This document shows positions 17,103 to 27,100 of a stretch of DNA of 64,000 nucleotides, one piece after another. The stretch is from a virus. Numbering within the stretch: the first letter of the stretch is position 1; each line of letters opens with the position of its first letter. The translations under genes were made by a program, and so were the position numbers. The DNA lies in IMG/VR virus record IMGVR_UViG_3300042514_001858, positions 64,001 through 128,000 of that record. The stretch is one strand, 5' to 3'. The notes under the pieces were generated by a model. That model made no database searches. It was not told the DNA's origin and saw nothing but the letters and a program-made list of their open reading frames with translations.

Positions 17103-18746
17103 ATGAGAAATTATAGTTTTGGATATTTGGTGGAAAAAGTGCAAACACTGAATGAAATGTCACTCAAAGGAAAAAGTAAGACTTGGACACAGCTTCCAGA
17201 ATTTTATGATATTATTCAACAAACTCACGAAGTTATGAAACCAGAAGTGAAAAAGCTTGACCCAGATGCTGATGTTTCACATAAAAGAATTCCATATATG
17301 GGTCGTATGCTTATGAAATTTTTAAAAATGCCAGGTGTTTATAGTGAATTATTTAAAAAAGCCACATTTGAAGAAATCCCAAAAGAAGAACGAACAGATA
17401 AAAAATCAGTTCGACCAACACAGGAATATTTGGAATTTAATCCAAAAGGTGTTAATTCTGATCCACCAAGACAGAATTATTTTCTTTTTAAATTAGTAGA
17501 AGATAATTATGAAGCGGCAACATCGGATAAATTTAGAAAATTCGTCACTGATCTAAAGAATATCGATGAATACTTAGCTGGTAATAAGAAAAAGGGTCAA
17601 ACTAGCGCAATGGATACAGCAGCTACTTCAAATTACGCATCGGGGATGAGAAAAAAACAGGAATCATTGCTCGGTATGAGTCAAGAGGAATACGCTCAAT
17701 TACAAAACGATGCGAATGCGTTGCTCAAAAAACTCAGAAAGTCGAAAAAATTACCCAAAGGATTGTTCCAGTCTATCTACCGCGCACCTAGTGTAAATGA
17801 ACTCGTAATCTCGAATGAAAAAGGAGACGAGACTTTAAACACAGGTATGATACCACTTCTAGCTACACAGCTTGCATTAGAAATCTTGTTGGATGAAAGG
17901 AAAAAAATTGCAGTGCTTGTCAAGTATAGGGAAGAGTTGAGTGAAGATCAAGATGGCTTGTATAATTTCGATATATCAATCATTCAGAAAACATTGGATG
18001 TTGTCAGTAAAAGAATTGAAGAAGGGAAACCAACATCTTTAGATACTCTCAAAAATAAAATTTTCCCCTTATTTGACGATATTAAAGAAACGTTTATCGA
18101 AGAATTCGACCTTGCATATGAGCAATTATTACAAGGTTCACAAGCTGGTAATATAGCAAGTGTTATGAAAAAACAAGAGTATTCTAACATATTTGATATG
18201 CTAGACGATGATCTTTTGAAATCTTTGGAGAAAGAAGGTCTAATCGATTCGAAGGATCGCGAAACTCTGAAAAAATGGGCTAATGCTGCTGGTACAAAAA
18301 AACAAGGTGTCAAAACTAAAGGAGAAAAAATATTAATAAAAAATATCGAAAAAGGTAAGCAACAAGACGAATACGATAAAAAGAAACAAGAGTGGGATGA
18401 GAAAGCTGCTAAAAGGAAAGCGCAGAAAGAAGGTAATCGTGAAGTGTATAAAGATAAACTCGAAGAACTTAAAGATATGAAAATAGAGGAAATTGAAAAT
18501 GAGATTTATGATGCATATACTTCAGATAATCCAGATTTTGATCTTATTGAATATATGGAAAAATACTTAGAAAGAAGAAAAACCAGACAAAACAAAAAAA
18601 TATCTGTGTATGAAAATTGTGTAATGGATTATTTCACTGAACAAGTTCAAAAAGATAATCTTTTAAATCAAAAAGGCGAGTATAAAGAAAGAGGCTTTAA
18701 AAAACCAAAAAATTATGCTCATTGGTTATGGCTCAATGATCAATAA
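17103..18746 (+). CDS. Large helical late protein, probable internal virion protein
   Basis: TAAATA-N5-ATG; LVE/LNE motifs; K/E rich. Confidence 0.6.
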   Translation: MRNYSFGYLVEKVQTLNEMSLKGKSKTWTQLPEFYDIIQQTHEVMKPEVKKLDPDADVSHKRIPYMGRMLMKFLKMPGVYSELFKKATFEEIPKEERTDKKSVRPTQEYLEFNPKGVNSDPPRQNYFLFKLVEDNYEAATSDKFRKFVTDLKNIDEYLAGNKKKGQTSAMDTAATSNYASGMRKKQESLLGMSQEEYAQLQNDANALLKKLRKSKKLPKGLFQSIYRAPSVNELVISNEKGDETLNTGMIPLLATQLALEILLDERKKIAVLVKYREELSEDQDGLYNFDISIIQKTLDVVSKRIEEGKPTSLDTLKNKIFPLFDDIKETFIEEFDLAYEQLLQGSQAGNIASVMKKQEYSNIFDMLDDDLLKSLEKEGLIDSKDRETLKKWANAAGTKKQGVKTKGEKILIKNIEKGKQQDEYDKKKQEWDEKAAKRKAQKEGNREVYKDKLEELKDMKIEEIENEIYDAYTSDNPDFDLIEYMEKYLERRKTRQNKKISVYENCVMDYFTEQVQKDNLLNQKGEYKERGFKKPKNYAHWLWLNDQ

Positions 18747-18772
18747 ATATAATCAATCATTAATTTACATAT

Positions 18773-18814
18773 AAAAAAAATTGCTTGAAAGTTTTTTTAG
18801 AACTTCCAAGCAAT
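18773..18814 (-). terminator. Rho-independent terminator after uvsX
   Basis: Minus strand ATTGCTTGGAAGTT/AACTTTCAAGCAAT stem followed by T run. Confidence 0.75.
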
Positions 18815-18840
18815 CACCATGAAACAGATGAATACCTTTA

Positions 18841-19965
18841 TCAATCCGAATTGATATTCTCGTCTTCTTCTAATTCAATCAAATTATCATCATCAGGAGA
18901 TGAGCCATAAGCCCAATGCTCTTTAATTCGCTTCTCAAGTTCGGGAAGAAATTTATTTTCCCATAAGGTAATATCTTTAGACCATTTGGAATAGTATCCA
19001 AGTTTCTCTCCTGTCCAATCGGTATAAGAAGAACCTGAGTTATCGACTACTCCCATACCTTTCATGATATCAAGCAAACCATAATACTTGTCCAACCCTT
19101 TACTAAAGGACAGATAGAATTCACCTTCAAGGTATTGCTTGATAAAGCGATTCTTAACTGTCAAAGCACGGATAACAACACCTGAATAATTCTTCTGTGA
19201 TGCAGCCAATTTATCAGTTACTTGTTTGTTATCAGCATCTTTTACCAATTTTCTAGCAAGTTGCACTGTAACAGAGGGGAGATACACTGCTGCTTTACCA
19301 CCTGGCATATTCTTCTCCAAAGATGGATACATTGCACTAGGATCGTCATAGACATGGTTAGTAATCAGAATAGGAGTCTTAGTGAGAGTTGACATGTTTG
19401 TGCATGTCTTCAACAAACTCTTAACAGATTTTGCAAATGTTCCCATATCAGCAGACATGGAATCCTTGTCCATACGAGACAATTCAATTTCTGAGTTCAA
19501 ATTCGCAAGAGAATCAATAGCAATAATAAATTTACCAAATTGTTTTCTCTCTCGAACATTCTTCAGGAATTTGTAGATTGCATTTCTGGTTTGCTCCACA
19601 GATTCACACCCAACATATTTGACTTTGGTAATATCCAAACCAAATTTAGCAGCAGATTCGGGATCAATTGCACCCTCAGTATCGAAGATGACAGGAATCA
19701 TACCTTTCTTCTGTGCATTTGCCAGAATTTGCATTACAAGTCCCGTTTTAAATGCACCTGATGGTCCTGCCAATTGCGTGATGCGTCCACTTGGAATACC
19801 ACCATACAATGAGCCAGAAATCAGAGCATTGAGAACCATACTCCCCGTATCAATCCAGTCATTTACACTGGAAAGAGTGGAATCACTCAGATATGCTGAG
19901 TATGGAACTACATCGTCCAAAGCGTTCAAAGACGCTAAAATATCTTTATCTAATTTTTCAATCAT
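18841..19965 (-). CDS. uvsX: RecA-like recombinase
   Basis: IDTGS..LN..ISG, GPSGAFKT, FDTE, IDSL, TNHVY, KNRF. Confidence 0.95.
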   Translation of the reverse strand: MIEKLDKDILASLNALDDVVPYSAYLSDSTLSSVNDWIDTGSMVLNALISGSLYGGIPSGRITQLAGPSGAFKTGLVMQILANAQKKGMIPVIFDTEGAIDPESAAKFGLDITKVKYVGCESVEQTRNAIYKFLKNVRERKQFGKFIIAIDSLANLNSEIELSRMDKDSMSADMGTFAKSVKSLLKTCTNMSTLTKTPILITNHVYDDPSAMYPSLEKNMPGGKAAVYLPSVTVQLARKLVKDADNKQVTDKLAASQKNYSGVVIRALTVKNRFIKQYLEGEFYLSFSKGLDKYYGLLDIMKGMGVVDNSGSSYTDWTGEKLGYYSKWSKDITLWENKFLPELEKRIKEHWAYGSSPDDDNLIELEEDENINSD

Positions 19966-19966
19966 A

Positions 19967-20179
19967 TTAACAATATATATCAGGTTTTGAATTTGAGGGT
20001 TTCATTATCGAATCAAAGAATTCTGAATAATTCGATGTTTTGCTACTTTTAGGTGTTACTTTGTTGAAAACCAAATTCAAATGATCACGAATGATCTGAA
20101 CTTGTTTCTCACTCAAATTATTGGTATCAGAGATTTCAAAAAACCCATTTAACCAAAATGTAAATTGTTCTGGTGACAT
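19967..20179 (-). CDS. Hypothetical phage protein
   Basis: MSPEQFTFWLNGFFE...HLNLVFNKVTP. Confidence 0.65.
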   Translation of the reverse strand: MSPEQFTFWLNGFFEISDTNNLSEKQVQIIRDHLNLVFNKVTPKSSKTSNYSEFFDSIMKPSNSKPDIYC

Positions 20180-20180
20180 A

Positions 20181-20534
20181 TTATAGATCGTCAATCGAAA
20201 TAACTTTAGGTGAGGATGTTGGTGTATTTTGTTCAACAGGAGGAGTATTAATCTTCTCATATTGAAGCAAAATTCTATCATCCAAAACCACATCACTTGT
20301 CACGACATTAGCTTTGTTGTATGTCCAATTATTCTGACCACGGAAGTCCTTGTTAATAAATTCAAAGAAGAATACTGGGAAGCTCTGAACTTGAATCTGT
20401 CCTGTTTGTTCTGGTTGAACGAATAGAATGACTGGATTGTTAAGTGTCAGTGTGGTTTCCGTTTCATCTACAAGTTTACCGATGATATTACGTCCGATTT
20501 GGTCAATGATTGCTACGTGTTTGTTTGTTTTCAT
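20181..20534 (-). CDS. Hypothetical protein (Sm/SH3-like beta pattern)
   Basis: GRNIIGKL...LNNPV. Confidence 0.6.
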   Translation of the reverse strand: MKTNKHVAIIDQIGRNIIGKLVDETETTLTLNNPVILFVQPEQTGQIQVQSFPVFFFEFINKDFRGQNNWTYNKANVVTSDVVLDDRILLQYEKINTPPVEQNTPTSSPKVISIDDL

Positions 20535-20555
20535 ATACTGTGTTATTTTAATAGA

Positions 20556-20807
20556 TTATTTTGCTTTTTCAAGTTCTAATTTGTTGTTTTGTAATTTTTT
20601 CTGGAATCCTAATGCTACTCCATGTTTCCCTTCTGCCATCTTAAAGAAATAATCAGATCGCTCTTTGATTACTTTACGAACGATTTCCAACTTTGGGTTT
20701 GGAAATTCTACATTATATTCATTATCATTCAATAAATTGATGAAATTTTCAATAATTCGATTCTCTGAATCATTCAACCCCTTCACATATGCTTCTTGTA
20801 TTGTCAT
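20556..20807 (-). CDS. Hypothetical protein
   Basis: ORF in minus operon. Confidence 0.55.
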   Translation of the reverse strand: MTIQEAYVKGLNDSENRIIENFINLLNDNEYNVEFPNPKLEIVRKVIKERSDYFFKMAEGKHGVALGFQKKLQNNKLELEKAK

Positions 20808-20898
20808 AATTAATAAATTTGTGCAGGGTTTATATACATTCTCGCTGGACTTTCTCCTGCTTATTCCAGATCAGATAGGAGCGACCTATCAGCCATCT

Positions 20899-21138
20899 TT
20901 ATGCATTCTCTACAAATGCGTATAATTCTTTAGCTCGTTTAATGATTTCTTCTGAAGTTGGAAGCAAATCACTGATAACTTTGTCATCAATTTTATCTTC
21001 TACCCAACTATCGTCTTGGTTGCCGACCATTCTCTTTTTGGCGTTATGCAGCTTCTCGTGGAAAACTGTCATTAAATCACCATGTGCTATGCTCAATATA
21101 TCGAGCCTTATCTCGTATGCGTTTTTGCTTGTGTTCAT
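20899..21138 (-). CDS. Conserved T4-like hypothetical protein
   Basis: KNAYEIRLDIL...PTSEEII.RAKELYAFV. Confidence 0.65.
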   Translation of the reverse strand: MNTSKNAYEIRLDILSIAHGDLMTVFHEKLHNAKKRMVGNQDDSWVEDKIDDKVISDLLPTSEEIIKRAKELYAFVENA

Positions 21139-21207
21139 ATGTTTGTGTAAAATCAGGGTGTTGTGCCTGATAAGAATATATACCCTAGTTACAGGGGAAT
21201 GCAAGTA

Positions 21208-21573
21208 TTATTTCGAATAATCTTTTGGATGTTTTGCTTGAATGTAGACTTCACCATATGCTTCAAGAGTTCCTGTGATCATTTGAAATTCTTTTTGTGA
21301 AAGAGAATCCAAATTTTTAAGTTTAGCATAAGCTTCTTTATATTTTGCTTTGAAATGGGATTCTTTATCATCTTTCTTAGCTTTTCGCAAAGCATCAGCA
21401 TATGGTTTCACCTTACCAGCAAAGTGGTAAGCAGTTAAGATAGCAAAAGAACCTTTTTTCATTGCGGATTCTTCTATTTTTTTCGCTCCTTCTGCTCTTT
21501 TTGTTACAAAGGTTGGAAAAAGAGTATCAACAAGTTCGTTTAAAAGTTTTTCAAATAAAATCGTAAATTGCAT
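21208..21573 (-). CDS. Late basic protein, probable internal head protein
   Basis: TAAATA-N5-ATG; MQFTILFEKLLNE. Confidence 0.6.
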   Translation of the reverse strand: MQFTILFEKLLNELVDTLFPTFVTKRAEGAKKIEESAMKKGSFAILTAYHFAGKVKPYADALRKAKKDDKESHFKAKYKEAYAKLKNLDSLSQKEFQMITGTLEAYGEVYIQAKHPKDYSK

Positions 21574-21591
21574 ATTATTATTTAGTAGATA

Positions 21592-24099
21592 TTACAATCC
21601 AAACAAATCTTCCAATTCCACTGTAAGATTTTCTGATGGTTTTCTTAGTTTCCATCCGACTGCTTCATAGAATCTCTCGATTGCGGCATGGAATATCTTG
21701 CTAAACATTTTCTCGTAATCAACCACGAAAATATTATTAAATTCTTCGAGCCAATCTCCTTTGAAACCGATCATGTCCAAATTATATTTATTGGGTTTCT
21801 TGACATATACCATACGAACTTTATCTCCTGTTTTAAATTTATCATATTTGGAAGACCATTCGTTCTGTCCGACAATTAGATCATGGAAATAAGCGGCTTT
21901 TAGATGACTCGGCATCCCTTTCACGGTATTCATTCCATTACATCTAGCTGAATATTCTGAATAATTGTTCATACCAGAGATCTTTGCAATATCTGCGATA
22001 GGCAATTTCTTAAATTCTTCGTATGCTTCATTGAACAGATCATTAGTTTCCTTCAAGGATTGAGTCATGATCATGTGTTCAATGACTTTCTTAACATATG
22101 GTTTGACCTTTTTAGGCATGGTAGTCTTCACTACATCAACTCCCCGATATTTAAACTTATCCACCTTTGTTCCCTCATCATCCAGAACATGCAGGACATA
22201 ATATTTCTTACCGATGAAAATTCCGCTATCACAAATGGTTTCTCGTTTGAATACGAATCGCGGATCAGTGCTTCTCAGAGCTTTTCTTGCCCATTCTGTC
22301 ATGCTATTGTTGATATAATCCTCAATATCTTCGCACAATGTATAAAATTCATCAGAACCAGCATCATATCCAAACATTTTCAGAGAAACCATGAAGGAAT
22401 CCGTATCCCCGTAAATGCAACTCGCTTGCAATAAAGATTCCGATACATCTGGTAAGTTCTCTCTCACATAATCCTGAAACAAATCATTACTCTTTTTAAT
22501 AACTGCTTGTCCTGTCAATGTCACCGATGTTCCGATATCCTCATCTCCAAGGGGAGCGTATTTATTGAGCATATATCCATACAGGGAATTGAGGTGAATT
22601 TTGTAAGCGTATTGAATACTATCAAATTTCTGCTCTCCCGCTTTATCTCCATTTTTTCGGCATTCCATCATCTTACTCTTCATCTCCTTCCTCTTGGTAT
22701 AAAGATTGTCTAGGAATTCAGGCACCAAACCTCTTTTCTTTTGAGAGAATAGAAATCCAGCCTTGGTTAATGCAGCTTGTTCCTCATCAATGAATTTCTT
22801 GAAGTTCTCAGGAGTCATCTCAAACAACCTACCTGATACATGATGGATTTTCACTTTGTCGCCATCCTTTTCAACTCTACCTATTTTTGTCTCAGGGGAG
22901 AGATTTAGAGAAATCATGACTGATGGATACAGCGAGTTGGCATCGAATGACACGATATTTTCAGCAAACCCCACTTTTGGTTCTGACACATAACCTCCAG
23001 GTGCTTTATAATCAGTGACAGGGCGAATGAAAGTTGGAATATACTCATCGCGCATACGCGCACGAATAGCAATAGCACCGTTCATCGGTGGAACGGTTTT
23101 GATGGCATTTTCTAAATCACATAATCCTGTGTATGCAAGGAATCGAAGAAGATTGATATATCCCTTTTTCTCGTCCAATTTAACACAAATTTCCACATCG
23201 CGAATGTTGTAGTCAGTATATTTATACCAATCTTTTTTAGCCAATTCCCATAGATTACCTTCGTGTTGAATTTTGTTGATACCTAATTCAATTTCTCCAA
23301 TATTATCCAACTTGTATGATTCTTGCTTCTCTAAGCTGAATTTCATATACATCACATAATAATCCAAAATAGAAATTCCTTCGATCACATACTCTTTGGT
23401 AGGCATTCCAAATTTACCATTCGGATTCGTCTTTTCATAAATCCTTTCAATTGGCGACAATTTCTTTGCCCATTCTTCTCCCAATTCAAATGTGATTCTG
23501 TTGATCAGGTAGGGGATATCGAATCCTGCTATGTTCCATCCACTAATCACATCAAATTCCTCTTTTCTAAAGAATTTGATGAATGATTTGAGCAAATCTT
23601 CTTCTGATTTACAAAAATAATATCTTACGTCATCTCTTGTCGTGTGATAATTCTTCAAACCGAAAACATGATACATTTTAGAAAATGAATCGAATACAGT
23701 GATCAAATTTACCACTGCTTCCGCTGACTCTGGTTCTGGAAACTTATCAGGATGAGGACATTCGATGTCTAGATAAGCAACCTTTAACGGATATTGAGAG
23801 AAATTGTCATCCTCACAAACCGACCAATAATTATCAATCAAGAATTGTTGGTATGGGGGGAGATTTTCATAGATTCGCTTGATATTACTATCTTTTACGA
23901 AATTATTTCTGTCATACGAAGAAGCGAATTCTTTCTTTTTAAGAGGAGTTCCATAGATAGATTTCTCTTTACCCGCTTTATCTTCCAGTAGAATATATGG
24001 TTTGAAGTCGTGTTCTTCTTTCACACGCTCCCCATTTTCATTCCATGTCCACAAGAAAACCTTGCGTTCACGGTTGTTGTAAATACAATTCCTATACAT
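21592..24099 (-). CDS. gp43: Family B DNA polymerase
   Basis: LDIE, GWNIAGFD, YNIRD, SFDANSLYPS, KIHLNSLYG, YGDTDS; start MYRNC at 24099 behind TTGACT-N16-TATCAT. Confidence 0.97.
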   Translation of the reverse strand: MYRNCIYNNRERKVFLWTWNENGERVKEEHDFKPYILLEDKAGKEKSIYGTPLKKKEFASSYDRNNFVKDSNIKRIYENLPPYQQFLIDNYWSVCEDDNFSQYPLKVAYLDIECPHPDKFPEPESAEAVVNLITVFDSFSKMYHVFGLKNYHTTRDDVRYYFCKSEEDLLKSFIKFFRKEEFDVISGWNIAGFDIPYLINRITFELGEEWAKKLSPIERIYEKTNPNGKFGMPTKEYVIEGISILDYYVMYMKFSLEKQESYKLDNIGEIELGINKIQHEGNLWELAKKDWYKYTDYNIRDVEICVKLDEKKGYINLLRFLAYTGLCDLENAIKTVPPMNGAIAIRARMRDEYIPTFIRPVTDYKAPGGYVSEPKVGFAENIVSFDANSLYPSVMISLNLSPETKIGRVEKDGDKVKIHHVSGRLFEMTPENFKKFIDEEQAALTKAGFLFSQKKRGLVPEFLDNLYTKRKEMKSKMMECRKNGDKAGEQKFDSIQYAYKIHLNSLYGYMLNKYAPLGDEDIGTSVTLTGQAVIKKSNDLFQDYVRENLPDVSESLLQASCIYGDTDSFMVSLKMFGYDAGSDEFYTLCEDIEDYINNSMTEWARKALRSTDPRFVFKRETICDSGIFIGKKYYVLHVLDDEGTKVDKFKYRGVDVVKTTMPKKVKPYVKKVIEHMIMTQSLKETNDLFNEAYEEFKKLPIADIAKISGMNNYSEYSARCNGMNTVKGMPSHLKAAYFHDLIVGQNEWSSKYDKFKTGDKVRMVYVKKPNKYNLDMIGFKGDWLEEFNNIFVVDYEKMFSKIFHAAIERFYEAVGWKLRKPSENLTVELEDLFGL

Positions 24100-24169
24100 A
24101 AAAAAATGATAAACCATGAAATGCGAAAGTCAATACGATATTAACCCCATCAAATGATTAAATAAAAAT

Positions 24170-25570
24170 ATGGCAATTAACACTAATGTATGGACAAATG
24201 CTGCAAATACCGAAAGCGGGAAATTTGTTGAAATCGTAAATGATATCAGATTTCCAGCAACATCGGCAATGACAGATCCATCTTTTGGTTCCCCTCAAGT
24301 AATCGAATATCCAAAATATGCAGTTTTGGTAAAAAATATCGATGATACGACAAGCAACTTTAGCGGTAATTTCAACATGGCTAGTGATGCTTTCGGTAGA
24401 ACGAGAACATCAAGTCCCTTGACTCTTTTTGATTCGTCTCATAGATATTCAGATAATAATCTATGGTCAACATTGTCAGGAGGAACTACAACAACCTCTG
24501 CTTCTGCTGAATTCATTCAAACACAAGGTCTTGTAGAGTTAAAAGTTGATGCTCTGAGTGGTTCTAAAATATACAGAGAAACAACAAAGGTGTTTGCCTA
24601 TCAACCTGGTAAAAGTTTACTAATTTTGAATACATTTATTTTTAACCAAGCTAAAACAAATCTGAGACAACGTGTTGGGTATTTTGGCACTGATAATGGC
24701 ATTTACTTAGAATTGGATGATGCTACTCTTTATATGGTTGAGCGCAGCATTACATCAGGCTCACTTTCATCTACTCGTATTCCCCAATCACAATGGAATG
24801 TAGATCGCTTGGATGGGTCGGGTTCATCTGGTATTACACTTGATATTACAAAGGCTCAAATTTTATGGGCAGATATAGAATGGCTTGGATTGGGTACCGT
24901 GAGAACAGGATTTGTCATCAATGGTCAATTTGTAGCTTGCCATTACTTCCACCATGCTAACATAATTGATACAACATATATTACAACGGGATCACTGCCG
25001 CTTAGATATGAAATTGAAAATAAAGCTGCAACTTCAGGTCCAAGTAAATTGAAGCAAGTTTGTAGTACAGTTATTTCCGAAGGTGGTTATGAATTAAGAG
25101 GGTTACAGCAAGCAGCAGGTACAGCTATAACTGCGCCGAAAGCTCTTGCGACAGCAGGAACCTTTTATCCTGTTGTTTCGATACGATTAAAATCAACAAG
25201 ACTAGATAGTATCGTAATTTTAACTGCGTTGTCGGTAATGGGGGTCGCTACAGGTATCTACAAGTGGCAAGTAATTGCTTCTGGAACAACTTCTGGTGGT
25301 ACATGGACTGATGCTGGAGTTAATTCTTCTGTAGAATACAAGCTAGATGGAACTGGTGTATCGGGAGGTAGAATATTAGCTTCAGGCTATTTCACTTCCA
25401 ACGCGCAAGGAGCAACAACGATAGACATTTTCGGAGCAGCTTTATTCAAATTCCAACTTGAGAGAAATAGCTTTACAAGCACACCTTATGAATTAACTCT
25501 AGCTATTACAGCGAGTACGAACACAGAAGTTGTTCATGGCTCAATGGACTGGGAAGAGATAAGTCGATAA
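24170..25570 (+). CDS. Beta-rich virion structural protein
   Basis: TAAATA-N5-ATG; S/T/G-rich; DAFGRTRTS, AYQPGKS. Confidence 0.65.
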   Translation: MAINTNVWTNAANTESGKFVEIVNDIRFPATSAMTDPSFGSPQVIEYPKYAVLVKNIDDTTSNFSGNFNMASDAFGRTRTSSPLTLFDSSHRYSDNNLWSTLSGGTTTTSASAEFIQTQGLVELKVDALSGSKIYRETTKVFAYQPGKSLLILNTFIFNQAKTNLRQRVGYFGTDNGIYLELDDATLYMVERSITSGSLSSTRIPQSQWNVDRLDGSGSSGITLDITKAQILWADIEWLGLGTVRTGFVINGQFVACHYFHHANIIDTTYITTGSLPLRYEIENKAATSGPSKLKQVCSTVISEGGYELRGLQQAAGTAITAPKALATAGTFYPVVSIRLKSTRLDSIVILTALSVMGVATGIYKWQVIASGTTSGGTWTDAGVNSSVEYKLDGTGVSGGRILASGYFTSNAQGATTIDIFGAALFKFQLERNSFTSTPYELTLAITASTNTEVVHGSMDWEEISR

Positions 25571-25605
25571 ATTATAATTCACCACATCATTTATTAAATA
25601 ATGAT

Positions 25606-25887
25606 ATGAATGATTATTTTAAAGACTTGGGTATGATTTACGAAAATCTTGATTTCGAATCGTCATACGACAAATATGATCCCCAAATCGAAAAAATCAA
25701 GGCAGAAGCAAATGAACTTTGCTCATATATTGAAAATTATCTGAAGGGTACTATCAATTATTATCAAAATAATAAAGAAAAATTTTTCAACAACCCTTCA
25801 GATATGAACAGCTTCCAAGCTTTGAAAGGAATGTTTGAGCGTCTTCGTCCAACTCTTGCTCAATATTCACAATTCACAAAGAATTAA
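25606..25887 (+). CDS. Small late protein
   Basis: TAAATA-N5-ATG; LGMIYE. Confidence 0.6.
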   Translation: MNDYFKDLGMIYENLDFESSYDKYDPQIEKIKAEANELCSYIENYLKGTINYYQNNKEKFFNNPSDMNSFQALKGMFERLRPTLAQYSQFTKN

Positions 25888-27071
25888 TCATTCCAATATT
25901 TCATAAATCTACGAGACTGATCACCCCAAGGTGTGTTCATCGATTCAAGAAACGCACCAATGTTTTCAGGTCTTTCCAGAAATCTTGTTTCACCAAGTTT
26001 TCTTAATTCTTTGGATAAATTGTGATACCTATCACGATTTTTGTAATTCAGCAATTGTTCTACTTTTACAGCTAAATCCTCCGAATTATTAAATTTTAGA
26101 AAATCAGGAACATCGGAATAAGTCACCAAATCCTGACACATACAAGGGATACCCAACACAGCACCCTCAATATATTTGATATCTGACTTTGATTTATTGA
26201 AATTATTATCCATCAAAGGTGCGAGAGTTAATTGCACATTTAGTTCGGAAATAAATTTCGGATAATTTGTCAATGTCTGCCAATGATGAAATTCAATTTC
26301 TCCATTTTGAATGTATGGATGCAATTGTGGAGGAAATGCACCAATGAAAATGAATTGATATTTATACCTATTATCGATAATAAATTTCAAAACATGGGAA
26401 AAATCGTCTTGCCCTCCTTTTTTCACATCAAAGTGCGCTCCTGAGCCAGAATATAAAATTCTTGGTTTTTTACGATTTTTATCGTAATTTTTAGCAATTT
26501 TATAAGAATCATAATAATGTCCAATCCACCATTCAGGTGGGAAATTTGGAATCACAGAGATTTTATCTTGACCTGTTTTTTCAATAAACAAATCACGCAT
26601 GAACTTACACGTGACTGTGACTTCATCTGCCATTCGCATCATGTCAACGCAATTTTGACGGATTTCGTCATTATCGAACGATGGTTTTCCTGAATTATAA
26701 TCAGGAATTTCTTCGCGAAATACAACATCATCTACTTCATAGATAATCTTGAATCCCATTTCTGCTTGAATGCTCTTGAGAAATTCAAAATATTGTTTTT
26801 GAGGGGTAGATGCTTGTCTTTGTAATTTGACGGTTTTAATATCTCTAAACCAATTTTTATCTAAAATCATCTTAGTAAGTGATGTGGACTCACCAAGATT
26901 ATTCATATTGATATGATGTTCATGCCAACCTATTCGCCATTGACCACATCCCTGACGATCTGCTACAAAATTTAAATAGACATTACCTTTTTTGGGTTCT
27001 TCTTTATTTTTATTTTGGACTTGAAAGGGGTTTGTTGGAAAAGGAGATGCAAACGGTTGACTATTAAACAT
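25884..27071 (-). CDS. GT-B fold glycosyltransferase (GT4-like)
   Basis: GCGQWR, YEVDD, VIPN, APL..N.FN.SKSDIKYIE. Confidence 0.8.
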   Translation of the reverse strand: MFNSQPFASPFPTNPFQVQNKNKEEPKKGNVYLNFVADRQGCGQWRIGWHEHHINMNNLGESTSLTKMILDKNWFRDIKTVKLQRQASTPQKQYFEFLKSIQAEMGFKIIYEVDDVVFREEIPDYNSGKPSFDNDEIRQNCVDMMRMADEVTVTCKFMRDLFIEKTGQDKISVIPNFPPEWWIGHYYDSYKIAKNYDKNRKKPRILYSGSGAHFDVKKGGQDDFSHVLKFIIDNRYKYQFIFIGAFPPQLHPYIQNGEIEFHHWQTLTNYPKFISELNVQLTLAPLMDNNFNKSKSDIKYIEGAVLGIPCMCQDLVTYSDVPDFLKFNNSEDLAVKVEQLLNYKNRDRYHNLSKELRKLGETRFLERPENIGAFLESMNTPWGDQSRRFMKYWND

Positions 27072-27100
27072 GTCAATAATTAACCATTTGCTATTATTTG

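Noticed and set aside
21592-24099. Intein or intron in polymerase, helicase or portal
   Set aside because: Lengths are normal and motifs uninterrupted.
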